Of a stretch of DNA of 64,000 nt, positions 26,833 to 43,825 are shown piece after piece. Below the pieces are notes generated by a model. That model did no database searches, was not told the DNA's origin, and was given only the letters and a program-made list of their open reading frames with translations. This DNA is from Macrostomum lignano. Lineage: Eukaryota. Both the position numbers and the translations under genes were made by a program. The DNA lies in assembly GCA_002269645.1 (NCBI GenBank), contig NIVC01002577.1, positions 502-64,501 on the forward strand, read 5' to 3'. Position 1 is the stretch's first letter. Each line of letters starts with the position of its first letter.

Positions 26833-27339
26833 GTTCTACTTTTTCCTGCTTGAGGTCTGGTTGGCAAGAGGCTGAAAAATTTTAGCAGAGAAAAACCAAA
26901 ACTATTCTAAGCAGAACTGTATTGTTTCAGAGGCTTTTTCTGTCCAGAGCTTTATTGATTCTGCACCAATTGGCGACTCTTAAGTCTCCGTGAGTCTTTT
27001 GCATAAATAAATAGTCAGTGGGTCTCTCCAGCTGCATACAGAATTAGGGCACTGGAATAGGTGCAATAGAGGAGCATATTTAAAAGCAGAGAAAAAGCAA
27101 AAAAAGCTGATTTTTCTCGGTTGGATTAAAATCTAAATAATTAAGCCCTGGAGTTGCTGCTGACAGAAAAGTTTAAAGTACTGAGTGTCATTAAATTCGT
27201 TTTGTAAATTATAACAATCATATGTGAATAGAAATTTTTATAATGATAGATTCAACTTATTAATAGAAGAAAAAGGGTAAAAACAAAGAGAATTTTAGTT
27301 AAAAACTGGAGAAAAATCTTTTCAATTTTGCATTTTACA

Positions 27340-28066
27340 ACCATCCGTCACTCCAACAAGCATCCGTCACTCCTGCAAGCATTCGTCACTCCTGCAAGCA
27401 TTCGCCACTCCTGCAAGCATCCGTCACTCATACAACTGTCCGTTACTCCTACAAGCATCCGTCACTCCTACAAGCATCCTTCACTCTTACAAGCATTGTC
27501 ACTCTTACAAGCATCCGTCACTCCTACAACCGTCCGTCACTCCTACAACCGTCCGTCACTCCTACAAGCATCCGTCACTCCTACAACCGTCCGTCACTCC
27601 TACAACCGTCCGTCACTCCTACAAGCATCCGTCACTCCTACAACCGTCCGTCACTCCTACAAGCATCCGTCACTCCTACAACCGTCCGTCACTCCTACAA
27701 GCATCCGTCACTCCTACAAGCATCCGTCACTCCTACAACCGTCCGTCACTCCTACAAGCACCCGTCACTCCTACAACCGTCCGTCACTCCTACAAGCATC
27801 CGTCACTCCTACAACCGTCCGTCACTCCTACAAGCATCCGTCACTCCTACAAGCATCCGTCACTCCTACAACCGTCCGTCACTCCTACAAGCATCCGTCA
27901 CTCCTACAAGCATCCGTCACTCCTACAACCGTCCGTCACTCCTACAAGCACCCGTCACTCCTACAACCGTCCGTCACTCCTACAAGCATCCGTCACTCCT
28001 ACAACCGTCCGTCACTCCTACAAGCATCCGTCACTCCTACAACCGTCCGTCACTCCTACAAACGTC
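27340..28066 (+). repeat. 19-bp minisatellite (GCATCCGTCACTCCTACAA / CCGTCCGTCACTCCTACAA)n
   Basis: Direct units ending about 25 bp from the lectin gene stop codon. Confidence 0.95.
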
Positions 28067-28089
28067 CGTCCCGAACACCCGCCGACCAC

Positions 28090-30828
28090 TCAGGGCGCAG
28101 TCGCGTAGACATACTTCTGCCAATCAGCGCTGGTCTCTACGGCCTCCTCAACCTCGCTGTCGGTGAAGAGCAGCAGGCGGCAGTCGCTAGTCCGTCGGTT
28201 GTACAAAAACGCACCAACGAAGGTTTTCCGCATCTTAGTGGAGGCCCGGAACGCGCAGGCCGCCACACCGCCTTCTGGCTGATCAGAGCCGGTGGTACTC
28301 TGCTCGCTGCAGTAGTCGTTAAACGTGTTGTACGGCGACCGGCGACTAAAACTGGCGGGGCGCCAACCAGCCTGAAGGCGCTGGCATCCCGGCTCCGACT
28401 CTGGCGCTGGGGTCGGGACTGGCGCCTGGTGGTTGGCATTGGGGGGTTTATGACGTACGCAGTTATACGCACAGGCACACACTCACACAGGGGTGTACAG
28501 CGGCCCTAACTTTATTTATCGTCAGGCATGTACACTCTCTGTGCCTTGGGGGTTGGCCCTCAATGGCGTTAATTGCACGAGCAGAGCCAAGCCGAGATTC
28601 CAATTTAGCCCCAAATTAATGTGACTGCACTTGGAATCGAGCCTGGGCCGCTAACGGGGGTTGGATAAATTGGACTGGATTGGATGAATCTAGTCGGATT
28701 TATCTAGAGAAGGATAGACAGGGATAGACAGGGATAGACAGGCATAGACAGGGATAGACAGACATAGACAGGGATAGACAGGCATAGACAGGGATAGACA
28801 GGGATAGACAGGCATAGACAGGGGATAGACAGGGGATAGAAAGGGATAGGCAGGGGATAGAAAGGGGATAGACAGGTAATAAAATAGACAGAGGATAGAG
28901 GGATAGATAGGGGATAGAGAGATAGAAAGGGGATAGACAGGGATAGACAGGGATAGACAGGAATAGACAGGGGATAGACAGGGGATAGACAGGGATAGAC
29001 AGGGATAGACAGGGATAGACAGGGGATAGACAGGGATAGAAAGGGATAGACAGGGATAGACAGGGATAGACAGGGGATAGACAGGGATAGAAAGGGATAG
29101 GCAGGGGATAGACAGGGATAGACAGGGATAGACAGGGATAAACAGGGGAAAAAGGGATAGGGGACTATATTGGATTGGATAGAACAGATTGGGCTGGATC
29201 AGATAAACTGGATTAGCAGTGGAAGGATGAAGCAATATTGTGGGTGACGATGCATAAATGATAACTTGGCTTTTTGCATCAAACTGGGGAATGGAGGGAA
29301 ATAAGCTGGAGAGGAATGAAAAAATAGCTAATGGCCGATGGAAAGGAAGCTGGATTTGAAGAGTCATAAACATGCGGGCTCATAAAAACTTAATCTATTA
29401 GAGCTAAATTCACAATCGCATGCAACGCATAAACACTTTAGGTAGGGTAGCTCATTGTGCAGTTGTGCAATTGTTGCAAAAGTTTTTTTAGCTAATAGAT
29501 GGCTTGATTGACAAAAAACTTAAAACAATGGCGCCTAACACGGGCAGTTAGTCAGGCTAACTGGCAATCAATCAACTTGGCACGGCTGCACCTACGAGCG
29601 TAGGCTGCCTACCTACCCCCTACACAGTTAGCCTACCTGACAGTCAGCCTACCTGACACACAGAGAACCTACCTGACACATAGTGAACCTACCTGACACA
29701 CAATGAACCTACCTGACACACAGTGAACCTGACACACAGTGAACCTACCTGACACACAGTGAACCTACCTGACACACAGTGAACCTACCTGACACACAGT
29801 GAACCTACCTGACACACAGGGAACCTACCTGACACACAGGGAACCTACCTGACACACAATGAACCTACCTGACACACAGGAAACCTACCTGACACACAGT
29901 GAACCTACCTGACACACAGGGAACCTACCTGACACACAGGGAACCTACCTGACACACAATGAACCTACCTGACACACAATGAACCTACCTGACACACAGT
30001 GAACCTACCTGACACATAGTGAACCTACCTGACACACAATGAACCTACCTGACACACAGTGAACCTGACACACAGTGAACCTACCTGACACACAATGAAC
30101 CTACCTGACACACAGTGAACCTACCTGACACACAGTGAACGTACCTGACACACAATGAACCTACCTGACACACAGTGAACCTACCTGACACATAGTGAAC
30201 CTACCTGACACACAATAAACCTACCTGACACACAGTGAACCTGACACACAGTGAACCTACCTGACACACAATGAACCTACCTGACACACAGTGAACCTAC
30301 CTGACACACAGTGAACGTACCTGACACACAATGAACCTACCTGACACACAGGAAACCTACCTGACACACAATGCCAGCCACATCCGTGCAGTCCACATCG
30401 TCCAGTCCGTCGCCTCCCTTGACCAGCAGGCAGTCTTGGTTGTCGCCCAGATTGTTGGGCCTCCCGCTGCGCCAGACGCTGTTCGCCACCGCCAGATTGC
30501 CGCGCCCGTTGACGAGCCGCCAGTCGGTCCTGTCGGTGTCGCGCTCGTCGGCGAGGTCGGCGGCGCCAATCCAGAGGCGCGGCGTGAAGCTGGCTAGCGC
30601 CGAAATGGCGCCGGAGTCGGTGACGAGCTCGGCGCCAAGCAGAGCGCACTGGCGATTCGCTTCGCAGAATGTCACCTGAGGCTCCTGACGGATGAAGGTG
30701 CACACGGTTGAGGACAAATTCTTGCTGAAGCCAGGTGGACAGGCGCTGGTGGCTGCCTCAGACAGGTCAGTTAGCAGCTGCACAAGCAGCAAAAATAGCT
30801 TTGAATTGTCAAGGCCGAGTGGCTTCAT
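28090..30828 (-). CDS. Secreted C-type-lectin-domain + PAN/apple-like-domain protein, 267 aa
   Basis: Exon 30828-30361 encodes the signal peptide LFLLLVQLLTDLSEA and the CTL CPPGF..C..TFCEANRQC..LWIG..W..GRPNN..DC..LDDVDC..IVCQ. It has a phase-0 GT donor. Exon 28425-28090 encodes ACAFRAS..VGAFLYNRRTSDCRLLLFTD..DWQKYV (PAN-like). Confidence 0.8.
28455..28655 (-). mobile_element. Truncated copy of tRNA-derived SINE family A in the lectin intron
   Basis: Reverse complement matches 46125-46335 (AGCGGCCCAGGCTCGATTCCAAGTGCAGTCACA.TTAATTTGGGGCTAAATTG.AATCTCGGCTTGGCTCTGCTCGTGCAATTAAC). Confidence 0.8.
28710..29150 (+). repeat. 10-bp minisatellite (GGGATAGACA)n
   Basis: Same unit as the array at 32130-33410. 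Confidence 0.95.
29630..30370 (-). repeat. 20-bp minisatellite (GTAGGTTCACTGTGTGTCAG)n beginning at the lectin exon-1 donor
   Basis: The unit ends in the last 10 nt of the exon (TGTGTGTCAG) and starts with the donor GTAGGT. Confidence 0.95.
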
Positions 30829-31081
30829 CGCTGAGTTCACTGCTCTGTCCGCCAGCGGGTGGAGGTTGCCAGGGAATTTATAGCCATAAAACGGTTCCTA
30901 TGAGCCATTGGTTTGCAGTCTTCGGGTCCCTATAGAACTCTCAGCTATTTATTTCACCTTGCTTGACCGCTTTATACTACTCATTCAGGCTGAGTAGCAT
31001 TATGCTGACATGCTGGAGATGACACACTGGAATCATTTTTCTAGTTTGAGCTCACCTGGCTAGCACACAGCATCAAGGAAG

Positions 31082-31660
31082 GAGGGAATTGGAGGGAGGG
31101 AATTGGATGAAGGGAATCGAATGGAGGGAATTGGATGGAGGGAATCGGATGGAGGGAATTGGATGGAGGGAATCGGATGGAGGGAATCGAATGGAGGGAA
31201 TTGGAGGGAGGGAATCGAATGGAGGGAATTGGATGGAGGGAATCGGATGGAGGGAATTGGACGGAGGGAATTAGATAGATGGAATTAGATAGAGAGAATT
31301 GGATGGAGGGAATTGGACGGAGGGAATTAGATAGATGGAATTAGATAGAGAGAATTGGATGGAGGGAATTGGATGGAGGGAATTAGATAGATGGAATTAG
31401 ATAGAGAGAATTGGATGGAGGGAATTGGACGGAGGGAATTAGATAGATGGAATTAGATAGAGAGAATTGGATGGAGGGAATTGGATGGAGGGAATCGGAT
31501 GAAGGGAGTTTGGTGTAGGGATTAGAAGGAGGGAATTGAAAAAAGGCAATTGGATAGAGGGAATCGTAAGGAGAGAATTGTATGGAGAGAATTAGATGGA
31601 GAGAATTAGATGGAGGGAATTGGATGGAGGGAATTTGATACAGGGAATTTGATACAGGGA
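31082..31660 (+). repeat. 14-bp-based minisatellite (GGAGGGAATTGGAT)n
   Basis: Direct units, related to the GGAGGGAATCGGAA array at 37705. Confidence 0.9.
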
Positions 31661-32129
31661 TTCACCTGGCAAACACACAAAATCACACTGAGCTCACCTG
31701 GAGTCCAACTATGGAGTCTTACAAGACTGACCTTCCACATTGCTAATCAAAGAGCAACCTAACTAATAAATCAAAGTGAGTAAAAATTTCCTGTCGAAAA
31801 AATGCGAAATGCCTCGAAAAAGTTTTTCCCTAAAAATTTTCCAATCACTGGCGGGAAATTCTGCGCTAAAAGGAAAAGTAATTAACTGGGGATCTGTTGA
31901 CAGCTTCTTCCTTCCTTTCTTCTAAGGACTCAACAAATCTCTTTGGGAAAAGCTTTCAGACGCGGTTAATTACTAATCCTTTGAGCAACCGATGGAAAGA
32001 TTTATCTGAGCCGGAATTAGTCTGTGCAGCTTTGCAATTCAATAATCTGTGAGCAGGGCTGTGTTAAATCAGATTAGCTGCTCCAATTGAGAGACGGTGC
32101 TGTGCGGCAGGCAGGAATTTGGAACGCGA

Positions 32130-33410
32130 AGAGGGATGGACAGGGATAGACAGGGATAGACAGGGATAGACAGGGATAGACAGGGATAGACAGGGATAGA
32201 CAGGGACAGACAGGGATAGACAGGGATAGACAGGGATAGACAGGGATAGACAGGGAAGAGGGATAGACAGGAATAGACAGGGATGGACAGAGATAGACAG
32301 GGATGGACAGGGATAGACAGGGAAAGACAGGGATAGACAGGGATAGACAGGGATAGACAGGAATAGACAGGGATAGACAGGGATAGACAGGGATAGGCAG
32401 GTATAGACAGGGATAGACAGGGATAGACAGGGATAGACAGGGAAAGACAGGGATAGACACGGATAGACAGGGATGGACAGGGATAGACAGGGATAGACAG
32501 GGATGGACAGGGATGGACAGGGATAGACAGGGATGGACAGGGATAGACAGGGAAAGACAGGGATAGACAGGGATAGACAGGGATAGACAGGGATAGACAG
32601 GGACAGACAGGGATAGACAGGGATAGACAGGGATAGACAGGGATAGACAGGGAAGAGGGATAGACAGGAATAGACAGGGATGGACAGGGATAGACAGGGA
32701 TGGACAGGGATAGACAGGGATAGACAGGGATAGACAGGGGATAGACAGGGACAGACAGGGATAGACAGGGATAGACAGGGATAGACAGGGATAGACAGGG
32801 AAGAGGGATAGACAGGAATAGACAGGGATGGACAGAGATAGACAGGGATGGACAGGGATAGACAGGGAAAGACAGGGATAGACAGGGATAGACAGGGATA
32901 GACAGGGATAGACAGGGAAGAGGGATAGACAGGGATAGACAGGGATAGACAGAGATAGACAGGGATGGACAGGGATAGACAGGGAAAGACAGGGATAGAC
33001 ACGGATAGACAGGGATGGACAGGGATAGACAGGGATAGGCAGTTATAGACAGGGATAGGCAGGGATAGACAGGGATAGACAGGGATGGACAGGGATGGAC
33101 AGGGATAGACAGGGATGGACAGGGATAGACAGGGAAAGACAGGGATAGACAGGGATAGACATGGATAGACATAGGATAGACACGGATAGACAGGGATGGA
33201 CAGGGATGGACAGGGATAGACAGGGATAGACAGGGATAGACAGGAATAGACAGGGATAGACAGGGATAGACAGGGATAGGCAGGTATAGACAGGGATAGA
33301 CAGGGATAGACAGGGATAAACAGGGATAGACAGGAATAGACAGGGATAGACAGGAATAGACAGGGATAGACAAGGGATAGACAGGAATAGACAGGGATAG
33401 ACAGGGATAG
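32130..33410 (+). repeat. 10-bp minisatellite (GGGATAGACA)n
   Basis: About 125 units. Confidence 0.97.
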
Positions 33411-34016
33411 AGGGACAGAAAGTGGATAGAGGGGTTGAGATTGGATAGAGGTATAGAGAGTGGATGCATAAATAACAAGATGAGAGCTATACACTCGTTC
33501 GGCTCTTGTATAAAATTGCTCAAAGTTTACAGCAGAAAAAAGTCTGAAATGAAATTCGAAAACCGTTCTCAAAAAAAGTACAGAAAAGGTGAAATGAAAG
33601 AAAAGAAATGGCCGACATTTTTGATGGATGATGTTTACCGAGCAAGTCCAGTTTAAGCAGAATAGTCACGTGACTTGCGCTCAAGTCGCCTGAAGGGCAC
33701 ACAAAGGGGTTTTGCTTGTAATTGCCTCGACTGGAAGTGAAGAATGTTTTGCTCCAAGGCAAGCAACTGTTGAGTGGCTACAATACAAGATCACAGCTCA
33801 CTGCGTTATTCTGCCCCCGCTGGTTTCCCAGCTTCTCTACTGCAACATCGTTAAATTGCCATGAGAATTGTACGAAGACAAAAACAATTCTTTTTCAAAC
33901 CACTCAATGTCATCGTTAGCAATCTTAGTTGTTCGCTCAGCACCGCGTTACTCGCTAATTACAGCTTTCGCTGGTCCCAGGGCCGCGAGACTGCAGTCTC
34001 GAGCACTGACAGCCTA

Positions 34017-34668
<652 letters not shown>

Positions 34669-35165
34669 GTCAAAAGATATTCACTATTTATAACAAAATT
34701 AGAGCATAAAATATTTATGTTAATGTTCTGAGAATTGTCGAATTTTTTATTTACTGATTTTAATATATAGTTCTGAAGTCTGAATTTTAAATATGTGCGT
34801 ATGTAAAGTATGTATTTTAGAATTATTTGCTTTATCGTACTGTTACACATGCGAGAAAATGTGCGTTTGCGATTTCATTTCGGTAACTCAGAGCGAAGCT
34901 AGTATTTGGGGATTGTTTCATTAGCTAAGCGTGCAGTTGCGCTGCAAAAATATTTTGTGGCGATCAGAAAACGGTGAAGTTCTACTTAGTTAAAACGCTT
35001 TAAAAATAGCTTATAGTCGGCTACAGGCTGTGTGCTTAAATAGGCGGGAAAGTCTGTGCTTGGGGAAAAAACTATGAAGTGTCAACAGTAAAAGTTTTTA
35101 CTCGGTTCGAACTTAGACAACTTTCAAATATTGGTATCCATGGCTCGAGGATAACTGCCCAAGCT

Positions 35166-37074
35166 TCACAGTCCGCGCTGGATGACCGGAATGATGCCCT
35201 GAAGCAGCTTCACCCACACGGCCTTGTTGTCCACGAAGGCCTTGCCGAGTCGGCGCTCGAATACAACAGCCAGGGCCGCGTTGAGGTCCTGCGGAATGCG
35301 GGGCAGTGGGAGGCGTGAATGGCTGCGGTGAGGGGTGAATGGCTGCGGTGAAGGGTGAATGGCTGCGGTGAGGGGTGAATGGCTGCGGTGAGGGATGAAT
35401 GGGTGTGGAGAGGGGTGAATGGCTGCGGTGAGGGGTGAATGGATGCAATGAGGGGTGAATGGATGCGGTGAGGGGTGAAGGGCTGCAGTGAGGGGTGAAT
35501 GGCTGCAGTGAGGGGTGAATGGCTGCAGTGAGGGGTGAATGGCTGCAATGAGGGGTGAATGGATGCGGTGAGGGGTGAATGGCTGCGGTGAGGGGTGAAT
35601 GGCTGCGGTGAGGGGTGAATGGATGCGGTGAGGGGTGAATGGCTGCGGTGAGGGGTGAATGGATGCGCTGAGGGGTAAATGGATGCAGTGAGGGGTGAAT
35701 GGATGCGCTGAGGGGTGAATGGATGCAGTGAGGGGTGAATGGATGCAGTGAGGGGTGAATGGATGTGGTGAGGGCTGAATGTATGCGATGAGGGGTGAAT
35801 GGGTTCGGAGAGGGATGAATGGATACGATGAGGGGTGAATGGATACGATGAGGGGTGAATGGATGCGCTGAGGGGTGAATGGATGCAGTGAGGGGTGAAT
35901 GGATGCAGTGAGGGGTGAATTGATGTGGTGAGGGCTGAATGTATGCGATGAGGGGTGAATGGGTTCGGAGAGGGATGAATGGATGCGATGAGGAGTGAGG
36001 GCCTCACCTCGAAGTGCTTCGCGGAAAGGTGGTGGCTCTTGTGCGAGGCGCCGATGAGCTCCAGAGAGCTGGCGCACACCTCCATGTCGTCCAGACTCTG
36101 GATGGCGCCGTCCAGCGTGTTGACCACCCGCAGCGCGTGGGCCCGCATTTTCGGCATTTTCTCCAGCTCGGCCCGGCTCTTGCCTTTGAAGTCGCGGAAC
36201 AGTTCCTGGTGCTGGGGGAACATCTCGAACAGGCTGCGGATGATGAGGGGTGAGTCAGTGCTGTGAATGTATGTCAGTGTGCCAATGTATGCCAGTGTGC
36301 CAATGTATGTCAGTGTGCCAATGTATGTCAGTGTGCTAATGTATGTCTGTGTGCCAATGTATGCCAGTGTGCCAATGTATGTCAGTGTGCCAATGTATGT
36401 CAGTGTGCCAATGTATGTCAGTGTGCCAATGTATGTCAGTGTGCCAATGTATGTCAGTGTGCTAATGTATGTCAGTGTGCCAATGTATGTCAGTGTGCTA
36501 ATGTATGTCTGTGTGCCAATGTATGCCAGTGTGCCAATGTATGTCAGTGTGCCAATGTATGTCAGTGTGCCAATGTATGTCAGTGTGCCAATGTATGCCA
36601 GTGTGCCAATGTATGTCTGTGTGCCAATGTATGTCAGTGTGCCAATGTATGCCAGTGTGCCAATGTATGTCAGTGTGCCAATGTATGTCAGTGTGCCAAT
36701 GTATGTCAGTGTGCTAATGTATGTCTGTGTGCCAATGTATGCCAGTGTGCCAATGTATGTCAGTGTGCCAATGTATGTCAGTGTGCCAATGTATGTCAGT
36801 GTGCCAATGTATGCCAGTGTGCCAATGTATGTCTGTGTGCCAATGTATGTCAGTGTGCCAATGTATGCCAGTGTGCCAATGTATGTCAGTGTGCCAATGT
36901 ATGTCAGTGTGCCAATGTATGCCAGTGTGCCAATGTATGTCAGTGTGCCAATGTATGTCAGTGTGCCAATATTTGCCCTTACGTCATAAAGACGTCCATT
37001 CCAAGGGCCTTCTTATCCTTGATTGCTTGCTGCCAGCCGCTCAGGATAATCTTCTTCTCAACCTCGTTAAGCAT
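35166..37074 (-). CDS. Globin B, 146 aa
   Basis: Exons 37074-36983, 36233-36008 and 35288-35166. Introns lie at the canonical B12.2 and G7.0 positions. Sequence MLNEVEKKIILSGW..LFEMFPQHQELFRDF..MRAHALRVVNTL..GASHKSHHLSAKHFE..VW.KLL. CD1 Phe, E7 His and F8 His are present. Confidence 0.93.
35310..35990 (+). repeat. 20-bp minisatellite (GAATGGCTGCGGTGAGGGGT)n filling globin B intron 2
   Basis: Direct units. Confidence 0.95.
36263..36970 (+). repeat. 18-bp minisatellite (AATGTATGTCAGTGTGCC)n filling globin B intron 1
   Basis: Direct units. Confidence 0.97.
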
Positions 37075-37537
37075 GACGAACTGCTTGAATAGCTTTCTGG
37101 TTAGCAACTGCAGACTAAGTTTGCTTTGAGCTGTCTACTGAATTTTCGTTACCAAAGAACAGAAGCTGCGGCCTCTTTTGTAACCCCCGCAGTCTTGCTG
37201 TGTCCCCCTTCCAGGGCATCGGTTGGCCCTGGCTGACAAGTGGAATTTGTTGACTTCTCTGACAGTTCAGTTACATCGCTGTCTACTTATAGTACGAAAG
37301 TAAGAATTTTTTTGCTATATTTCTAAGCGAAAAAAACTGAACACAACGAGAAACAGGAAAATTGTCAATCAAAGGTTGACCTCAACTGGTAAAAACCGAT
37401 TTTTTATTGCTGTGAGCGCTCGTGTCTCATCTGATACGAGGGAATCAGTATTGAATATTTAAATAACTTAATGGCTGAATTTCAGTTATAGTCTGCTGTT
37501 AGAATTTTCAGTGCCTGCATGGGTTGCAGCGCCAGCC

Positions 37538-40908
<3,371 letters not shown>

Positions 40909-42399
40909 GTCTGTCGGCTCACTGAATTATCTAAACACTTGTAAATGTGTCGGATATCTGCGATAATAACGCAAATTTAGCTGTGCTGCATTTGCCAAGT
41001 TCACTGACAAACAACAAGACGATTTGTTATAAGCAAGCTTCAATAGCACCCACCCCCACCCAAAGGGCTAAAACACCAACCTATAGTGTTACATTTAAGT
41101 CAAGACAGAGCTGAGACGTGCGGAGAGCAATGGAAAATGAGCACACGTGCAGAGTCAAAATCACGATTGATAGTACACGCAGTAAAAGCGCACGCCCAAC
41201 CCCCAGGCGTGGACGCTTTTAATAGAATTCGCACTACTTTTAGTAGCCAACCAAAATCAATGATTTGTATGTTGTATCACTTGGTTTAATTTAAGAGCGT
41301 TTGAAGGTCAAAAGATATGGTTTTCTTACAGTTTGCATAGTTACATACTTCTGCAGTTAGAAGCAAATTTACTCTTGAAACTTTAAACCTAGTCAGACAT
41401 CTATTTCTACTATAGTAAATCGCCCAGAACTGACAGGCGCAGCTGCTTAACCTACTTTATATACTACTTTTAGTACTATAACCCAAAGTAAATACACCGA
41501 CGGACTCGTAGCAGGGTTGATAACAGAGCGATAATGCGCCTGAGACTCTCAACCCAAGCCTCGGGTCAAATTTCTGGGGACATACTGTACGTGTACATAA
41601 AAATTATCTTAATTACTTGTATTAACAATTTGAAAACCTAAATTGCCTTTTTGTGCGTATCATACATTTTCTGATGACGAGAAACCTGAGGACAAAACAG
41701 TGATTGGACCTGTTTGGTCTGTGATTGGCCTTTCTACCATAGACAAAAACTCAATCACTTTGGCAAACATCTCTGATTAAATATTTAATCCGATTGGTTA
41801 TTTAACTGACGTTTAATGGCCGCCTTTGCAGCAAGGAATCAGCAGTCTATGGTAAAACTACTTCTATACCGGGATGATTTGATGTCGCAAATAGAAAACG
41901 ATAGAAAGCGAAAACAAATAACGCACAACTAATAGTACATTAATACTATAAGTTAACCTAACGTAAGTGTAACCTAACGGCGCCCTCTGATTTTCTTATT
42001 AACGCCCTTAAAGCATGGGTATTACTATTATTGTGCCATAGACATCTGTGTCCTTGACAAAGTGGGACAGAAAAATCGGGCGTTAAATGTCATTGTTCAA
42101 AATGTCTATGGTAATTTAGTTCAAGGCAATGACATTCATACAATGACCGGTCATTGTTTGGAATTTTTAGAAGTGGTATAATTTTTTAAGTTAACGCGTA
42201 TATTTTAAACTGAACATATAACAATCAAAAGCACACTTTTAGCTATAGTTAATTCGTCGCACAAATGTCTCACAAAATTTAGTTGAACTTGCATTGATTA
42301 AAGGTGCATCCATTGAAACTGAACTTAGCCACAGGTTGTCGCGACTATTGAAGCCGGTAAAGCATAGGCCCGATTGGATGGAGACAGTGGCATCCGAGC

Positions 42400-42810
42400 C
42401 AGGAGCAGGGAATATGACTTTCCATCCTGCCGCTTCAATTTAAAGTAGAAGTACCTTAAGTACTGATTGAGGGTTTCGGCCGGCACTTCTGAAACGTCTC
42501 GTAGTTTCTCACTCGCTAGGAAATTAAGGAAGCGTTCACCGTGAATGTACATCTGCTTCCTCGTTTCGACAGGTAGGCTTTCAATTTCTACTCGATCCAT
42601 CTCGTTAACATCAAGTTGCTCGCCATCTAGGCACGGCAGTTCATCGTTAGAACAATCACTTTGAATGTAGTCAAGGAACGCGGCATAGTCATCGTCCCGT
42701 AGGTCGATGTTAAAAGTCTCGGAAATAAAGTTCAGTTCGAACGAGTCGACATTGCCTAATTCGTCGATAGGCAGATTGCGCCAATTGATTGGAAAATGAA
42801 TGCCTTCCAT
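42400..42810 (-). mobile_element. Crypton-like tyrosine-recombinase N-terminal fragment (ZMYM/KCTD1/QRICH1-related region)
   Basis: ESLPVETRKQM..ERFLNFL..AETLNQYLRYFYFKLKRQDGKSYS matches, from my recall of the family pattern, the P.NT..T..F / L..FY..R..DG..Y segment. Homology ends after DGKSYS. Confidence 0.6.
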
Positions 42811-43054
42811 TCTATCGCGACTCTTATGAAATTGATTCTACTCGCCCGATGAACAGCGACTCTTGAAAACTCCGTCGTCTTGACCATAGACATATCATTC
42901 TCTATGATTTCGTAACTGATTTTTTCTAACCCTTGGCTTTTACCATAGACGTGGGAGATATAAAGATGTGGGGGCTTCGCCCCCACACCCCCATTTACGT
43001 CCCCCACCCACTTTGATTTCTAACCCCTAGCTGACAATTTTGGACAATGATGTC

Positions 43055-43147
43055 GTCTGCAATTGAGATTTCAGTTAATGGCCAAATTGACACTCGCGCT
43101 ACGCACGCTCGTGTCTATGGCCATTAACTGAAATCTCAATTCCAGAC
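43055..43147. repeat. Short foldback, 30-bp arms
   Basis: GTCTGCAATTGAGATTTCAGTTAATGGCCA versus TGGCCATTAACTGAAATCTCAATTCCAGAC (1 mismatch). Confidence 0.9.
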
Positions 43148-43825
43148 AACCACCCATTAACTGCCCGCTAATTTCGATATTTCTTTAGTGCAAGCGGGCT
43201 TAAATGTAGTATATGGCATTAAAAGGCAAGAATAAGTGCCCAGCGGGCACAAAGTCATGGTACAATGCTTCTTCTCAATAGTTTTCTACATGTATGCTAG
43301 CTTCAAAAAAGTCTGCATGCACTCAACAGGATTTCAATTTTAGGACCATCAAAATGACGATTAGACTTCACTCCGCGTGCAGTAGAAGACTCACAAGACT
43401 CACCAGAAGCGACAAACTCACCGGTGGGACCGCTGCTCGGGTTTGCTTCTGGAACAGAGATGCCTTGTAAAGCACTGGACGCAATATCCTAGCCACCTAG
43501 GCAAAGGGACCAATGATTCTCAGACATCCTGGCGCTCCAAGTCGGTCGAATCAAGCAACTCACCCATGACGGCTTGTCGAAGGTAAAGATGATAGACGCA
43601 CCGATACAGCAGCAGCTGGATTCTCAAATGAGTTGAAAAAATCAGAGAAGTCGAAGTCTTCCTCAGTGCCAGCCCTAGCAAATTGAACAGCACAAATCCT
43701 CGGTAAAGCAGTTAGACTGATTTAGTCGTACTCGCTTCTCTCCGCTTTAGACATTCTTTCACTTGCTGACTGCCTTAAGATAATTCTTACTAAAACATTG
43801 TCTATGGCCCGCGAGAAAGATTTAA

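Noticed and set aside
31040-31760. Minus-strand CAG|GTGAG donor-like sites flanking the 31-kb array (possible upstream lectin exons)
   Set aside because: No coherent reading frame. The lectin already has its own signal peptide and a TATA-like CTATAAAT about 50 bp upstream.
41668-41690. CTGATGA..GAAAC hammerhead-like core
   Set aside because: Only 3 nt separate the core halves, so no stem II is possible.
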